29,867 nucleotides of DNA from Pedosphaera sp. (GTDB lineage: Bacteria; Verrucomicrobiota; Verrucomicrobiia; Limisphaerales; SIBH01). The stretch spans positions 1-29,867 of the forward strand of contig JANOQV010000150.1 in the NCBI GenBank assembly GCA_031414955.1. Direction: 5' to 3'. Made by a program: the position numbers and the translations under genes. Each line of letters starts with the position of its first letter. Positions within the stretch are counted from its first letter, which is position 1. The notes under the pieces were generated by a model. It worked only from the letters and a program-made list of their open reading frames with translations. It had not been told where the DNA came from and ran no database searches. This document shows positions 11,979 through 20,533 of this stretch, one piece after another.

Positions 11979-13217
11979 GTGGATTTCACGCCCTACCTGG
12001 TCGTGCTGGGTGTTTTGGTTTTTGCCGCGGTGAGCTTCTTCTTCGCGCTCGCCGAGTCCGCCCTGTTCACGCTGGGCAAATGGCAAGTCGAGCAACTCGC
12101 TGAACGGGCACCGCAGCGAGGCGCGGTCGTCGCGCGGCTGCTGCAACAACCCTCCGAATTGCTCGCCACGATCGTACTCGGCAACACCGTCGCCAATGCC
12201 CTGGTCGTGGCCATTGGTCTAGGCGTGACCCTTTGGCAGGGCGGATCGGTGCCGGGCATGGTCGGGGCGTTGGCGGTGCTCATCCTGGTCGGCTGCGAGG
12301 CACTGCCCAAGACACTGGCCGTGCGCTCACCGGAGACGTGGTCATTGCGCGTGGCCCGGCCGATGTCGTGGCTGCACGGCCTCACGCGACCGGTGCAGCG
12401 CCTGGCCACGGCCCTGAACAACTTGGTTCTGCAAGGTGTGCTGGCCCGCGCGATCAAGCCGCAGACCGTGGCGACGGAGGATGATTATCGCGAACTGCTG
12501 GAAGTGGCTGCGCAGCACGGCGCGCTGGCGGTGCGCGAAAAGGAGATCATCTTCGAGATCATCAGCCTGGACAAACGCACCGCCGCCGATGCCATGACGC
12601 CACGTTCCCGCATGTCCTCCATCCCGGATGACCTCACCGTGGAGCAAATGATCGTCGAGGCCCGCCGGCTGCGCCACCGGCACTTGCCCATGTATGACGA
12701 GACGCCGGACACCATCGTGGGCGTGCTCGACACGAAGAAGCTGTTGCTCGACCCGGGCGTGGATCTGGCCGAGGCGATCGAATTCCCGTCCTTCGTTCCG
12801 GAGAGCATGAACCTGCTCAAGCTCTTCCTCGCCTTGCAGCGCCAGCGCCGCGGCATCGCCATCGTGATGGATGAATTTGGCGGCACGGCCGGCGTGGTCA
12901 CGATGGAGGATATTCTGGAGGAACTGGTGGGGGAGATTCACGACGAAGATGAAACCCAGCATTTCGTCATGGAGAAGATTGGGCGCGAGCGTTGGCGCGT
13001 GGGCGGCGTGGTGGCGGTGCGGGATTTTCGCCGCGAATGTCCGGACATTGGTGACGTCCCGGAGGTGGAGACGCTCGGCGGATTGGTCACCATGCTCCTG
13101 GATGTGGTGCCAAGCCTGGGCGAGTCGGTGAATTTTCGCGGCCTGAAACTCACCGCTGCGCGCGTGGACGACCGGGCTGTGCGCGAGGTGACCGTCGAAC
13201 GGTTGGTGAAGCGATGA
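11979..13217 (+). CDS. CNNM (DUF21)-CBS-CorC/HlyC hemolysin-family membrane protein
   Basis: FFALAESALFTL, LLATIVLGNT, EALPKTLA, MTPR, VMDEFGGTAGVVTMEDILEELVGEI and ETLGG motifs. Confidence 0.93.
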   Translation: MDFTPYLVVLGVLVFAAVSFFFALAESALFTLGKWQVEQLAERAPQRGAVVARLLQQPSELLATIVLGNTVANALVVAIGLGVTLWQGGSVPGMVGALAVLILVGCEALPKTLAVRSPETWSLRVARPMSWLHGLTRPVQRLATALNNLVLQGVLARAIKPQTVATEDDYRELLEVAAQHGALAVREKEIIFEIISLDKRTAADAMTPRSRMSSIPDDLTVEQMIVEARRLRHRHLPMYDETPDTIVGVLDTKKLLLDPGVDLAEAIEFPSFVPESMNLLKLFLALQRQRRGIAIVMDEFGGTAGVVTMEDILEELVGEIHDEDETQHFVMEKIGRERWRVGGVVAVRDFRRECPDIGDVPEVETLGGLVTMLLDVVPSLGESVNFRGLKLTAARVDDRAVREVTVERLVKR

Positions 13218-14197
13218 ACTCCGCCTTCCTCATCTTCATCGCCCTCGGCCTCGGGCTGTCGTTCTTCTTCTCCGGGATGGAGGCGGGCGTATTCGCCTTG
13301 AGCCGGGTGCGCATCCGGCGCCTGGTACGTTCGGGTAATGCCAACGCGCGGCGTTTGAGCCGTTACCTCGATCATCCCGAGGAGTTTCTCTGGACGATCC
13401 TGGCCGGCAACACCCTGGCCAATTTCGCCGTCGCCAGTTTCGTGGTCCTGTTGCTGGGCGAGTGGGCGCGCTCGCATCCGGCGCTCTTCGTGGGCGCGTT
13501 TCTTCTCGGGGCTCTGGTGTTCTACGCGGCCTGCGAACTGTTTCCCAAGATGCTCTTCCGGCTCTATCCAAACAGGTTGTGCCTGCTTTTCTCCCGGCTG
13601 TTCAGCGTCCTGCACTTCTTTCTGCGTCCCATTGTGGCCCCGCTGCGCTGGCTCTCCACGGGATTGCTGCGCTGGTCCGGCGGGCAGACTTTTCAGGCTC
13701 AGGTCTTCGGCACGCGGGAGGAGTTGCGTGTCCTCATGCAGGATTCGGCCCAGGAACTTTCCTCCGAGGAGCGCGGCATGATCAACAGGGTGCTCGATCT
13801 GCAAAACCTCACCGTTTCCCACATCCTTGTGCCCATGCCGCGCGCCGTGACCGTGAACATGGACACCCTCGTGACCGAGGCTCTGGCCTTGTGTCGCGAG
13901 CGCGGACTGAGCCGTCTTCCCGTCTGGCGCTCGGACGGGGACACCCGTCGCATCGCCGGCGTCTTTAACCTCAAGTCGCTGCTCTATCGCGAGGATCTTG
14001 ATCCGGCCAAACGCGCCCGTGACTACGTGAAACCCGCCGCCTTCGTCGATGCCGACATGCGGCTCGACGAGGCCATGAGACATTTGCAGCGCGCGGGCCA
14101 GCGCCTCGCCATTGTGCTCACTCGCGACGGTCGTGAGATCGGCATCGTGAGCCTGCAAGATCTGCTCAAGGCGGTTTTCGGCGAGGTGAAGCTGTGA
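13214..14197 (+). CDS. CNNM (DUF21)-CBS protein lacking the CorC/HlyC domain
   Basis: SFFFSGMEAGVFAL, ILAGNTLAN, ELFPK and GIVSLQDLLKAVFGE motifs. It overlaps both neighbours by 4 nt. Confidence 0.9.
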   Translation: MNSAFLIFIALGLGLSFFFSGMEAGVFALSRVRIRRLVRSGNANARRLSRYLDHPEEFLWTILAGNTLANFAVASFVVLLLGEWARSHPALFVGAFLLGALVFYAACELFPKMLFRLYPNRLCLLFSRLFSVLHFFLRPIVAPLRWLSTGLLRWSGGQTFQAQVFGTREELRVLMQDSAQELSSEERGMINRVLDLQNLTVSHILVPMPRAVTVNMDTLVTEALALCRERGLSRLPVWRSDGDTRRIAGVFNLKSLLYREDLDPAKRARDYVKPAAFVDADMRLDEAMRHLQRAGQRLAIVLTRDGREIGIVSLQDLLKAVFGEVKL

Positions 14198-15528
14198 ACG
14201 CCGACGAGTTCATGGGCATCTTCTGGCGGCTCTTTTCCGTGGGTGTACTCGTGATCCTCAACGGCTTCTTCGTGGCGGCGGAATTTGCCCTGGTCAAAAT
14301 CCGCGACACCCAACTCCAGCCGCTCATCCGGCGCGGGCACAAGCGCGCCCGCATTGCCCGGCATGTGCTGCAAAACCTGGATCGCTCCCTCAGCGCAGCG
14401 CAACTCGGCATCACTCTGGCCAGTTTGGGGCTGGGCTGGATCGGGGAACCGGTCTTCGCCAAACTGCTGCAACCGCTCTCGGGCATCTTGAACATTCAGT
14501 CTGAGGCGGCCCAGCACACGCTGTCTTTCATCGTCGGGTTTACTCTGATCACCTTCCTGCACATTGTGGTCGGGGAGCAGGCGCCGAAATGGATGGCCAT
14601 CCAAAAACCTTTGCCCACCGCGCTTTGGATTGCGGCTCCGCTCCGCTTCTTTGGCTGGATCACTTTTCCCTTCATCTGGGTGCTGAACAACGCGTCGCTC
14701 TGGTTCCTGCGGCAGATCGGACTCGAATCTGGCGGCGAATCTGAGCACGCCCATTCTGAAGATGAGTTGCGGCTGCTCGTGGCCACCAACCAGTCCCACG
14801 ATGTCGGCTCTCTCGGGCGAAATCTCGTGCTCAACGCCTTCGATCTCCGCCGCCGCGTGGCCCGCGAGGTGATGCGACCGCGCCGGGAAATCACCTCGTT
14901 CGACAGCGAGGCCACCATCGAACAATGCCTGGAGCAGGCCGAACAAAGCCGCTTCTCTCGCTACCCGATTCTTGAACGGGGCGATCTCGATCGTGCGCTG
15001 GGCTTCGTGCATGTGAAAGATTTGTTTGCGGCGCGAGCCCGCGCACGAACCGCCCGTGATCTTGTCCCCTCGGCCAAGAAGCTGGTCTATGTGCCCGAGA
15101 CCTCGCACCTGGACCGGTTGCTGCAGATTTTTCTCGAACGCAAAGTTCATCTGGCCTTTGTCGTGGACGAATACGGCGGCACCGTCGGGCTGGTCACGTT
15201 GGAAAACATTATCGAGGAACTGGTCGGGCAAATTCAGGATGAGTTCGATCATGAGAAGCCCTTGCTTGTCAAATCGGATGCCAGCACCTGGTCAGTGGAT
15301 GGCGCGCTGCCCTTGCACGATCTCGCCGCCCTGGTCGGGGAAACTTTGGCCGAGGAAGGCGTCACCACCGTGAGCGGTTGGGTCACGCACCGGCAGGGCG
15401 GCTTTCCGAAGGAGGGAGACGTGTTGAGCATAGGAGCCTTTCACCTGGCCGTGAAGGAAATGGACGGGACGCGCGTGGCGCAGTTGACCCTCAGGCGGCT
15501 GGAGCAGTCATCGGAAGGTGTCGCTTGA
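14194..15528 (+). CDS. CNNM (DUF21)-CBS-CorC/HlyC hemolysin-family protein (TlyC/PaeA-like)
   Basis: LNGFFVAAEFALVKIR, QLGITLASLGLGWIGEP, GEQAPK and VVDEYGGTVGLVTLENIIEELVG motifs. Confidence 0.94.
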   Translation: MNADEFMGIFWRLFSVGVLVILNGFFVAAEFALVKIRDTQLQPLIRRGHKRARIARHVLQNLDRSLSAAQLGITLASLGLGWIGEPVFAKLLQPLSGILNIQSEAAQHTLSFIVGFTLITFLHIVVGEQAPKWMAIQKPLPTALWIAAPLRFFGWITFPFIWVLNNASLWFLRQIGLESGGESEHAHSEDELRLLVATNQSHDVGSLGRNLVLNAFDLRRRVAREVMRPRREITSFDSEATIEQCLEQAEQSRFSRYPILERGDLDRALGFVHVKDLFAARARARTARDLVPSAKKLVYVPETSHLDRLLQIFLERKVHLAFVVDEYGGTVGLVTLENIIEELVGQIQDEFDHEKPLLVKSDASTWSVDGALPLHDLAALVGETLAEEGVTTVSGWVTHRQGGFPKEGDVLSIGAFHLAVKEMDGTRVAQLTLRRLEQSSEGVA

Positions 15529-15588
15529 GCCGGGCACAAAAAAAGAGCGAGGTTGTTCACCTCGCTCACGAAAGTTGGTCTGGAAAAA

Positions 15589-15861
15589 CTAGGCGGCCTT
15601 CTTGACCGCGTCCTTCTTCCAGGTGCGTCGAGGAGCCTTGGTCACGAGACCCTTCTTGATCGCGCTGGCCGTGACACGGAGATAGCGGACTTCGCCATTG
15701 GGCAGGATGGCCTTGACGCGTTGGAGATTGGGAAAGAAGCGGCGCTTGGTCGTGGCGGTGACGTGGGTGCCGATACCACCCTTTTTCTTGGCCTTACCCG
15801 AGCGCCAAATGTGACGCCCCTTGATGGGGCCTGTGCCGGTCAATTCGCAAATACGAGCCAT
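15589..15861 (-). CDS. rpmB: 50S ribosomal protein L28 (bL28)
   Basis: MARICELTG...TKRRFFPNLQ...LRVTASAIK, with the GKAKKKGGIG insert seen in PVC/Bacteroidota-type L28. Confidence 0.95.
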   Translation of the reverse strand: MARICELTGTGPIKGRHIWRSGKAKKKGGIGTHVTATTKRRFFPNLQRVKAILPNGEVRYLRVTASAIKKGLVTKAPRRTWKKDAVKKAA

Positions 15862-15905
15862 AAAATGTCCTGTTCCAAATGCTGTTCCAGATTTAAGGAG
15901 GGCGG

Positions 15906-15933
15906 AAAATAGCAGCGCCCGAACCGCTGGCAA
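15906..15933 (-). promoter_or_regulatory. Probable rpmB promoter
   Basis: TTGCCA, 16-bp spacer ending in TGc, then TATTTT on the minus strand. Confidence 0.45.
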
Positions 15934-16017
15934 GGAGTTATTTTGCGGCAAAAGGTTATGATTTTGAGGGGGATTTGCCTTTCCAAACTCCTCTTACCTC
16001 CGACCTCGTCCCTCAGA

Positions 16018-16047
16018 AAAATGGCGACCCTACCGGGAATCGAACCC
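16018..16047 (-). repeat. att site: displaced 3' fragment of tRNA-Glu
   Basis: Identical to 26586-26615, covering part of the T arm, the acceptor 3' strand and CCA. Confidence 0.95.
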
Positions 16048-16283
16048 AATTCCCGTCAGGGAACCTGTGGGAACACTTGGGAATCATTGGGGAATCTTCG
16101 CCCACTGTGGGAACCAAGGGGAACCATCAGAAAGGGATTCGTCAGTTTTTGTCAGTGTACGATTGTTGGAAGATTCTTCAGTGACCCAGTGATCGGTCGA
16201 AAACCCACTTCCACCACTGCGAACATTGGTCTTCGCGAACATTTGATGGCGTTTTTGAGAGGCTGACGTTCCCCGTCAGGGGA

Positions 16284-16514
16284 ATGAACAAGCATAACGA
16301 CGAACCACACGGCGCTAAGACGGAGGGCACGGAAAGGCGGTACATCACCAAGCGCCAAGCGGCAGAGATGCTTGGCGTGACTCCACGTTGCATCACGAAC
16401 TTCATGCAACGTCGGTTGATCCCCTTTTACCGCCTCGGCGGCAAAATGGTGCGCTTCGACCCGTTGAGCATCCGCGAACATCTGGAAGCCAACTGCAAAT
16501 TCGAGAAGCGATGA
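16284..16514 (+). CDS. Excisionase/AlpA-like HTH protein
   Basis: RYITKRQAAEMLGVTPRCITNFMQRRLIPFYRLGGKMVRFD is an HTH_17/Xis pattern, and the gene lies next to att. Confidence 0.85.
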   Translation: MNKHNDEPHGAKTEGTERRYITKRQAAEMLGVTPRCITNFMQRRLIPFYRLGGKMVRFDPLSIREHLEANCKFEKR

Positions 16515-17032
16515 ACGCATCACCACCCTTCCATGAGGCTATGGACACCGCGAAAACCGAGGGCGTTGATCCCCTTTACGACGGCCATCAAGGGTTCGAC
16601 TGGGAGACAGTCGAGCGTGCCCTTGGTGAGATCGAGGATGGGCTAGATGATGAAGCGCAGCGCCAAAAGTTGCGTGTCGCCCTTGCTGAAATTCTCCGCT
16701 TCATCTGTGGCGTGCGACTCAGGCCGGGCGCAGACGCATGGATCGGGCGGCGCTGCATTGCTCTCTGCTGGGTTGTAAACCCTGAGCTTTTTGGCGGCGT
16801 GTCGCTCACGAAGCTCGCGGAATCCATCGGCCATCACAAGATGGCACTCAGCCCGAAAGCCGCCGATGCGACGCGCAAATTCAATGTGAGGAATCGTTTT
16901 CAGGCTCACGGCTGGCAACACAATCAGCAACGGCAGTCGGCGAGATCCACCAACCCATTGCCAGAAGACGCGGAGACGGATGAGGAAAACAAACCCGACC
17001 AACACGGGGCGGAGGGTGAAGACGATGGGTGA
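16511..17032 (+). CDS. Hypothetical protein, possible C-terminal HTH
   Basis: ATGA-coupled to xis. SLTKLAESIGHHKMALS is HTH-like, followed by an acidic tail. Confidence 0.7.
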   Translation: MNASPPFHEAMDTAKTEGVDPLYDGHQGFDWETVERALGEIEDGLDDEAQRQKLRVALAEILRFICGVRLRPGADAWIGRRCIALCWVVNPELFGGVSLTKLAESIGHHKMALSPKAADATRKFNVRNRFQAHGWQHNQQRQSARSTNPLPEDAETDEENKPDQHGAEGEDDG

Positions 17033-17732
17033 CTCACAGACAGAAAACAACCCGCAGGCCAAAGGCACCATGCGGGCTGATGAGGGTTCAACTCACAACA
17101 CGGGACACGTCAAGGCCGGCCACGGCTTGCCGTTTATTCCGGCTTGGCTGGATGACCTCCGCCTGGATGCCTTCCAGTTCCTCGTTTACGCCCACGTCGC
17201 GCGGCGCGCTGGCGGCAAGGGCACATGCACTGAGTCACTTCCCAACATGGCAGCGTTTCTGAAGCTCGACGATAAGACCGTGCGTTCGCGCCTCCAGAGC
17301 CTGGTTGCGCTTGGCCTTCTTGGAAACGAATACGTAGCGGGCAAGGGTGCCCGCTATTGGCTTCTCCCAAACCCCTCCCGCCAGACGGCAGACAAAGGTT
17401 CTCCCCTTCTTAAGGTTCTCCCTGAAGGTTCTCCCTTGAAGGGTAGCGGCGCGAAAACGCCGCCAGCGTCGCGGAAGAAATTACCGGAACCTGATGACGC
17501 GTGGCTGAACGGATTGGCAACTGCCCCTGCATACCTCGGCATCGACGTGCGCAGGGAGTTCTCCAAAATGCTCCTTTGGTGCGAAGTGAAAAGTAAGAAG
17601 CCCAGCCGTGGCAGATTTCTCAACTGGATTAACAAGATCGAACTGCCGATGCGCCCGGCCATGCCAGCACAGCCAGCGACACAACAGCTTCCACTCACGC
17701 CCCACGATCCCAACGACAGGAAACGAATATGA
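17025..17732 (+). CDS. Phage-type replication initiator (N-terminal wHTH, internal iterons)
   Basis: FLVYAHVARRAG...CTESLPNMAAFLKLDDKTVRSRLQSLVALGLL is HTH_36-like, with a C-terminal ...FLNWINK. It lies directly upstream of a DnaC-like gene. Confidence 0.75.
   Translation: MGDSQTENNPQAKGTMRADEGSTHNTGHVKAGHGLPFIPAWLDDLRLDAFQFLVYAHVARRAGGKGTCTESLPNMAAFLKLDDKTVRSRLQSLVALGLLGNEYVAGKGARYWLLPNPSRQTADKGSPLLKVLPEGSPLKGSGAKTPPASRKKLPEPDDAWLNGLATAPAYLGIDVRREFSKMLLWCEVKSKKPSRGRFLNWINKIELPMRPAMPAQPATQQLPLTPHDPNDRKRI
17395..17435 (+). repeat. Three direct repeats AAGGTTCTCCC, candidate origin iterons
   Basis: Exact copies at 17395-17405, 17412-17422 and 17425-17435 within the initiator linker. Confidence 0.7.
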
Positions 17733-18667
17733 CCGACACACCAAAACCCAACACCACAGACTTACTGATGAACGCGGCCTTGGCCGTCCGCGCCGAACAA
17801 GATCGCCGGACTGCCGATGCGGCCGGCAAGGCTCCACAGAGCGCGGCTGAAATCGTGGCGGAAACCGAAAGCCGAATGGCTCAGGTTCAAGCGAGCCACG
17901 CGGAGAAGCGGCAACGCCTTCGGGAATGGCTTGCACCACTCCCACAAACCGACGTGTGCCCCGTGCATGGCTGTGAGCGGGAAATCAGCCTGGAGCTTTC
18001 CTACGAGACACAGTGCAACGTGGCACGGAAAGACCGTCACGAAGGGTTAAGCAACGGCACGTTCTTTGCCGAGTACGCGTGCCCCAAGTGTGAGCGGGAA
18101 GCGACTTACTTCCAGTGGCAGCGTCTCGGTATCCCAGAAAAGTATTGGGGCGAGACACTCGACGTTCTGAGCTATGACACGGAGAAGTGCAGGGAACACC
18201 TTAAACTCTGCCGTGCTTACGAAGCCAACCCGCGAGGCTTTCTGCTTCTGCTCGGGAATCCCGGCACAGGCAAGACACATGCGGCGTGTGCCATCCTCGG
18301 CAAGCACGGGGCGGGATGGTTCACCAGCCAGTCCGATTTGATCGTTGCCATGCGCGAACGCTACAACAACCCGGCCCTTCTAAACGTGCGGGCGAAGGCA
18401 ATCACCGCTCCGCTGCTTGTGATAGATGAAATCGGCGTGGCGAGTGGCGGAAATGATGCGGCGACGATCTTGTTCGACGTGATCAACGCGAGATACGCCA
18501 GTAAGCGCCCCCTCATCCTGACTAGCAATGTTCCCCGCGAGGAACTGCTACGGAACCTCGGCCATCGCGTCTTGGATCGCATCGGCGAAGCAGCCTTTGC
18601 CGTGCTCAAGTTCGACGAGCCAAGCAAGCGGGCACAGGCCAACGAGCGATACTTGGAGGGCTTCTGA
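17729..18667 (+). CDS. DnaC/IstB-like AAA+ helicase loader
   Basis: Walker A GNPGTGKT, Walker B LLVIDE, INARY...PLILTSN and RVLDRI. N-terminal Cys motifs CPVHGC and CPKC. Confidence 0.9.
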   Translation: MTDTPKPNTTDLLMNAALAVRAEQDRRTADAAGKAPQSAAEIVAETESRMAQVQASHAEKRQRLREWLAPLPQTDVCPVHGCEREISLELSYETQCNVARKDRHEGLSNGTFFAEYACPKCEREATYFQWQRLGIPEKYWGETLDVLSYDTEKCREHLKLCRAYEANPRGFLLLLGNPGTGKTHAACAILGKHGAGWFTSQSDLIVAMRERYNNPALLNVRAKAITAPLLVIDEIGVASGGNDAATILFDVINARYASKRPLILTSNVPREELLRNLGHRVLDRIGEAAFAVLKFDEPSKRAQANERYLEGF

Positions 18668-19072
18668 TGCGCTGTAGCCACGACGCATTGAGCGATGCTG
18701 GCAGGCACGCTAGGTTTTTCATGCAGATACGCCGCGATTCTCCAAAAAATCTTGTCGAAGGAATCTTTTGTTTTTCAGTGAGCCACGGGGGTTGGGCGTC
18801 AAGGGGGAATCCATCTGGATTCGGCATTTTTGGGGTGTCCCATGAAACAAAACCAAATCAGGCCAGCACGAAACGCACAAACATTGTGCGAATACACGAT
18901 CTGAACGGTTCAGCCCAGGTGCTCAAGGGACATCGACTCCGCAACTCGGCTCTCTGAGGCCGAAGGTGGAGCGGCCCGGCGACTGGCGACCGTTCCACAG
19001 GGAACAAAGCCCGGCGTCCCATGTCCCGCCCACCACGCCGGGAAGTGGGCTTTACGTTCCCGCTTAGACGAC

Positions 19073-19279
19073 ATGCAAACATTTGTAAGTCTCGAAACAC
19101 TTAGCCGCAGGGTGAACCGATGTGGCGCGACGCTGCGCTCCCGGATCGTGGACGGCACGATCACGCCGGACGCTATTGTCATCGCGGGGGCCAAGGAAAT
19201 GATGGTGTTCGATTCGGCGAATCTGCCGGCCATCCGTGCGGCCCTGAACCCAAAGAACGAACCGGCTGTCATCGTATGA
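19073..19279 (+). CDS. Small MerR-like/wHTH DNA-binding protein
   Basis: VSLETLSRRVNRCGATLRSRIVDGTITPD...VFDS. ATGA-coupled to the next gene. Confidence 0.55.
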   Translation: MQTFVSLETLSRRVNRCGATLRSRIVDGTITPDAIVIAGAKEMMVFDSANLPAIRAALNPKNEPAVIV

Positions 19280-19992
19280 GCGTGGTCGCCAAAAATCCAC
19301 ACTGGGGAAAAACCGACTGCGAGGCGCAGATCGAGTTACTCCAAGCCGAGGCGTCGAAACTCGAAGTGGAGTTGCGCGCATCGGGAAAGCCGGTGTCTCA
19401 ATTCTTCGCGCCAAGCGATTCGTTCGACATCGTTGCTCTGTGCGACGCGCTGGAGGCCCGCGTGGTTCAGTTGAAGATGCAAGCAAAGTTGCCCCGCGTT
19501 GAGATCACTGCGCCCACTCTCACGCCTGCCCCGGCTCCCGTCGTGACGCCACCCGCGCCGCGTCTCACGTCGTTCACGCCAGACCGCTACGGCCCGGCGT
19601 TGATCGATGCCACGCTCGCGACGGCGGAGGCAAGGGTTGCCGCCCTGGAGTCCGTGATCGTGCGCGCTGGGGGAACGCCGCCGCGCTTCTTCGACCACGG
19701 AGCGCCGTGCAAGGACATCAAGGCCAAGTTGCTCGAATCACACGCCGAGAAGCTCGAAGAATTTTGCGCGGAGCGCGGGGTTTCACTCCCGTCGCGACTC
19801 CCCAACACCAAGGAGAAAACCAGCATGAGTCAGCAATACACAGGTGCCACCGCGAAGGTGTTGGCATCCCAAACCACAGCAACCGCCGTGGAAGTGCCCA
19901 AGGCCAACGACAAGGGCGAAAAACTTTCGGCCACGGAGCGATGCAGGCTCGCGGCGCAACAGCGTGACGAGGCCAAGACCAAGAAGAAGTAA
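19276..19992 (+). CDS. Hypothetical helical protein with internal repeats and a Pro-rich linker
   Basis: Start at MSVVAKNP by ATGA overlap. Natural composition with a Lys-rich end. Confidence 0.7.
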   Translation: MSVVAKNPHWGKTDCEAQIELLQAEASKLEVELRASGKPVSQFFAPSDSFDIVALCDALEARVVQLKMQAKLPRVEITAPTLTPAPAPVVTPPAPRLTSFTPDRYGPALIDATLATAEARVAALESVIVRAGGTPPRFFDHGAPCKDIKAKLLESHAEKLEEFCAERGVSLPSRLPNTKEKTSMSQQYTGATAKVLASQTTATAVEVPKANDKGEKLSATERCRLAAQQRDEAKTKKK

Positions 19993-20002
19993 GGAGCAAC
20001 CC

Positions 20003-20509
20003 ATGAAACCAATCACACAATCGCCGGAAGGCTTCGATGTCCCTGCCGATCCAGAGGACGAACGACGCGAACTCACTGAAACCGCCGTAGCCGCTGCGGT
20101 GAAGCCCCAAGCCGCTGTTCCGGTCACAGCGGACGCACCGCCAGCGCAGGCCGGCGAGGATGTCGCCCCCGAACCCGTCGCGCCTGCCGCGCCAGTGATG
20201 CGCTTTCCCGAACGGAAAGAGCAGGTGATTGACGCCGAGGACATGGAGACATTTCCGCCCGGCCTGGCGCAGTCGTTTGCGATTCTGAACGTGCGCCAAC
20301 TGGAGTACGACAACCTGCTCGACAAAGCGCCGAGGGCAGCACAGCGCAAGGCGTTGGCGCGGCTCAATAGAATTCGCGCCCACTGCGGCCAGATACAGCA
20401 GGGGCTTCCCTTGCTCACTGGCGGGCCGCGCCCGGACCCGAACAACCATCCCGCCATTGAGCGACTTCAGAAGCGCATCGTTATCGCGACTGCGCCAGCC
20501 ACGACCTAA
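20003..20509 (+). CDS. Hypothetical protein with an acidic, Pro/Ala-rich N-terminus
   Basis: AAGGAG RBS before the ATG at 20003; operon position. Confidence 0.7.
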   Translation: MKPITQSPEGFDVPADPEDERRELTETAVAAAVKPQAAVPVTADAPPAQAGEDVAPEPVAPAAPVMRFPERKEQVIDAEDMETFPPGLAQSFAILNVRQLEYDNLLDKAPRAAQRKALARLNRIRAHCGQIQQGLPLLTGGPRPDPNNHPAIERLQKRIVIATAPATT

Positions 20510-20533
20510 ACCACAACCGATTGAGGAAAGATC

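Noticed and set aside
16018..16047. A second tRNA-Glu gene
   Set aside because: Only the 3'-terminal 26 nt are present; this is the att duplication.
16050..16140. GGGAAC repeats as a CRISPR array
   Set aside because: The units are 5-6 bp with ~10-bp periodicity, with no 25-45 bp repeat/spacer structure and no cas genes.
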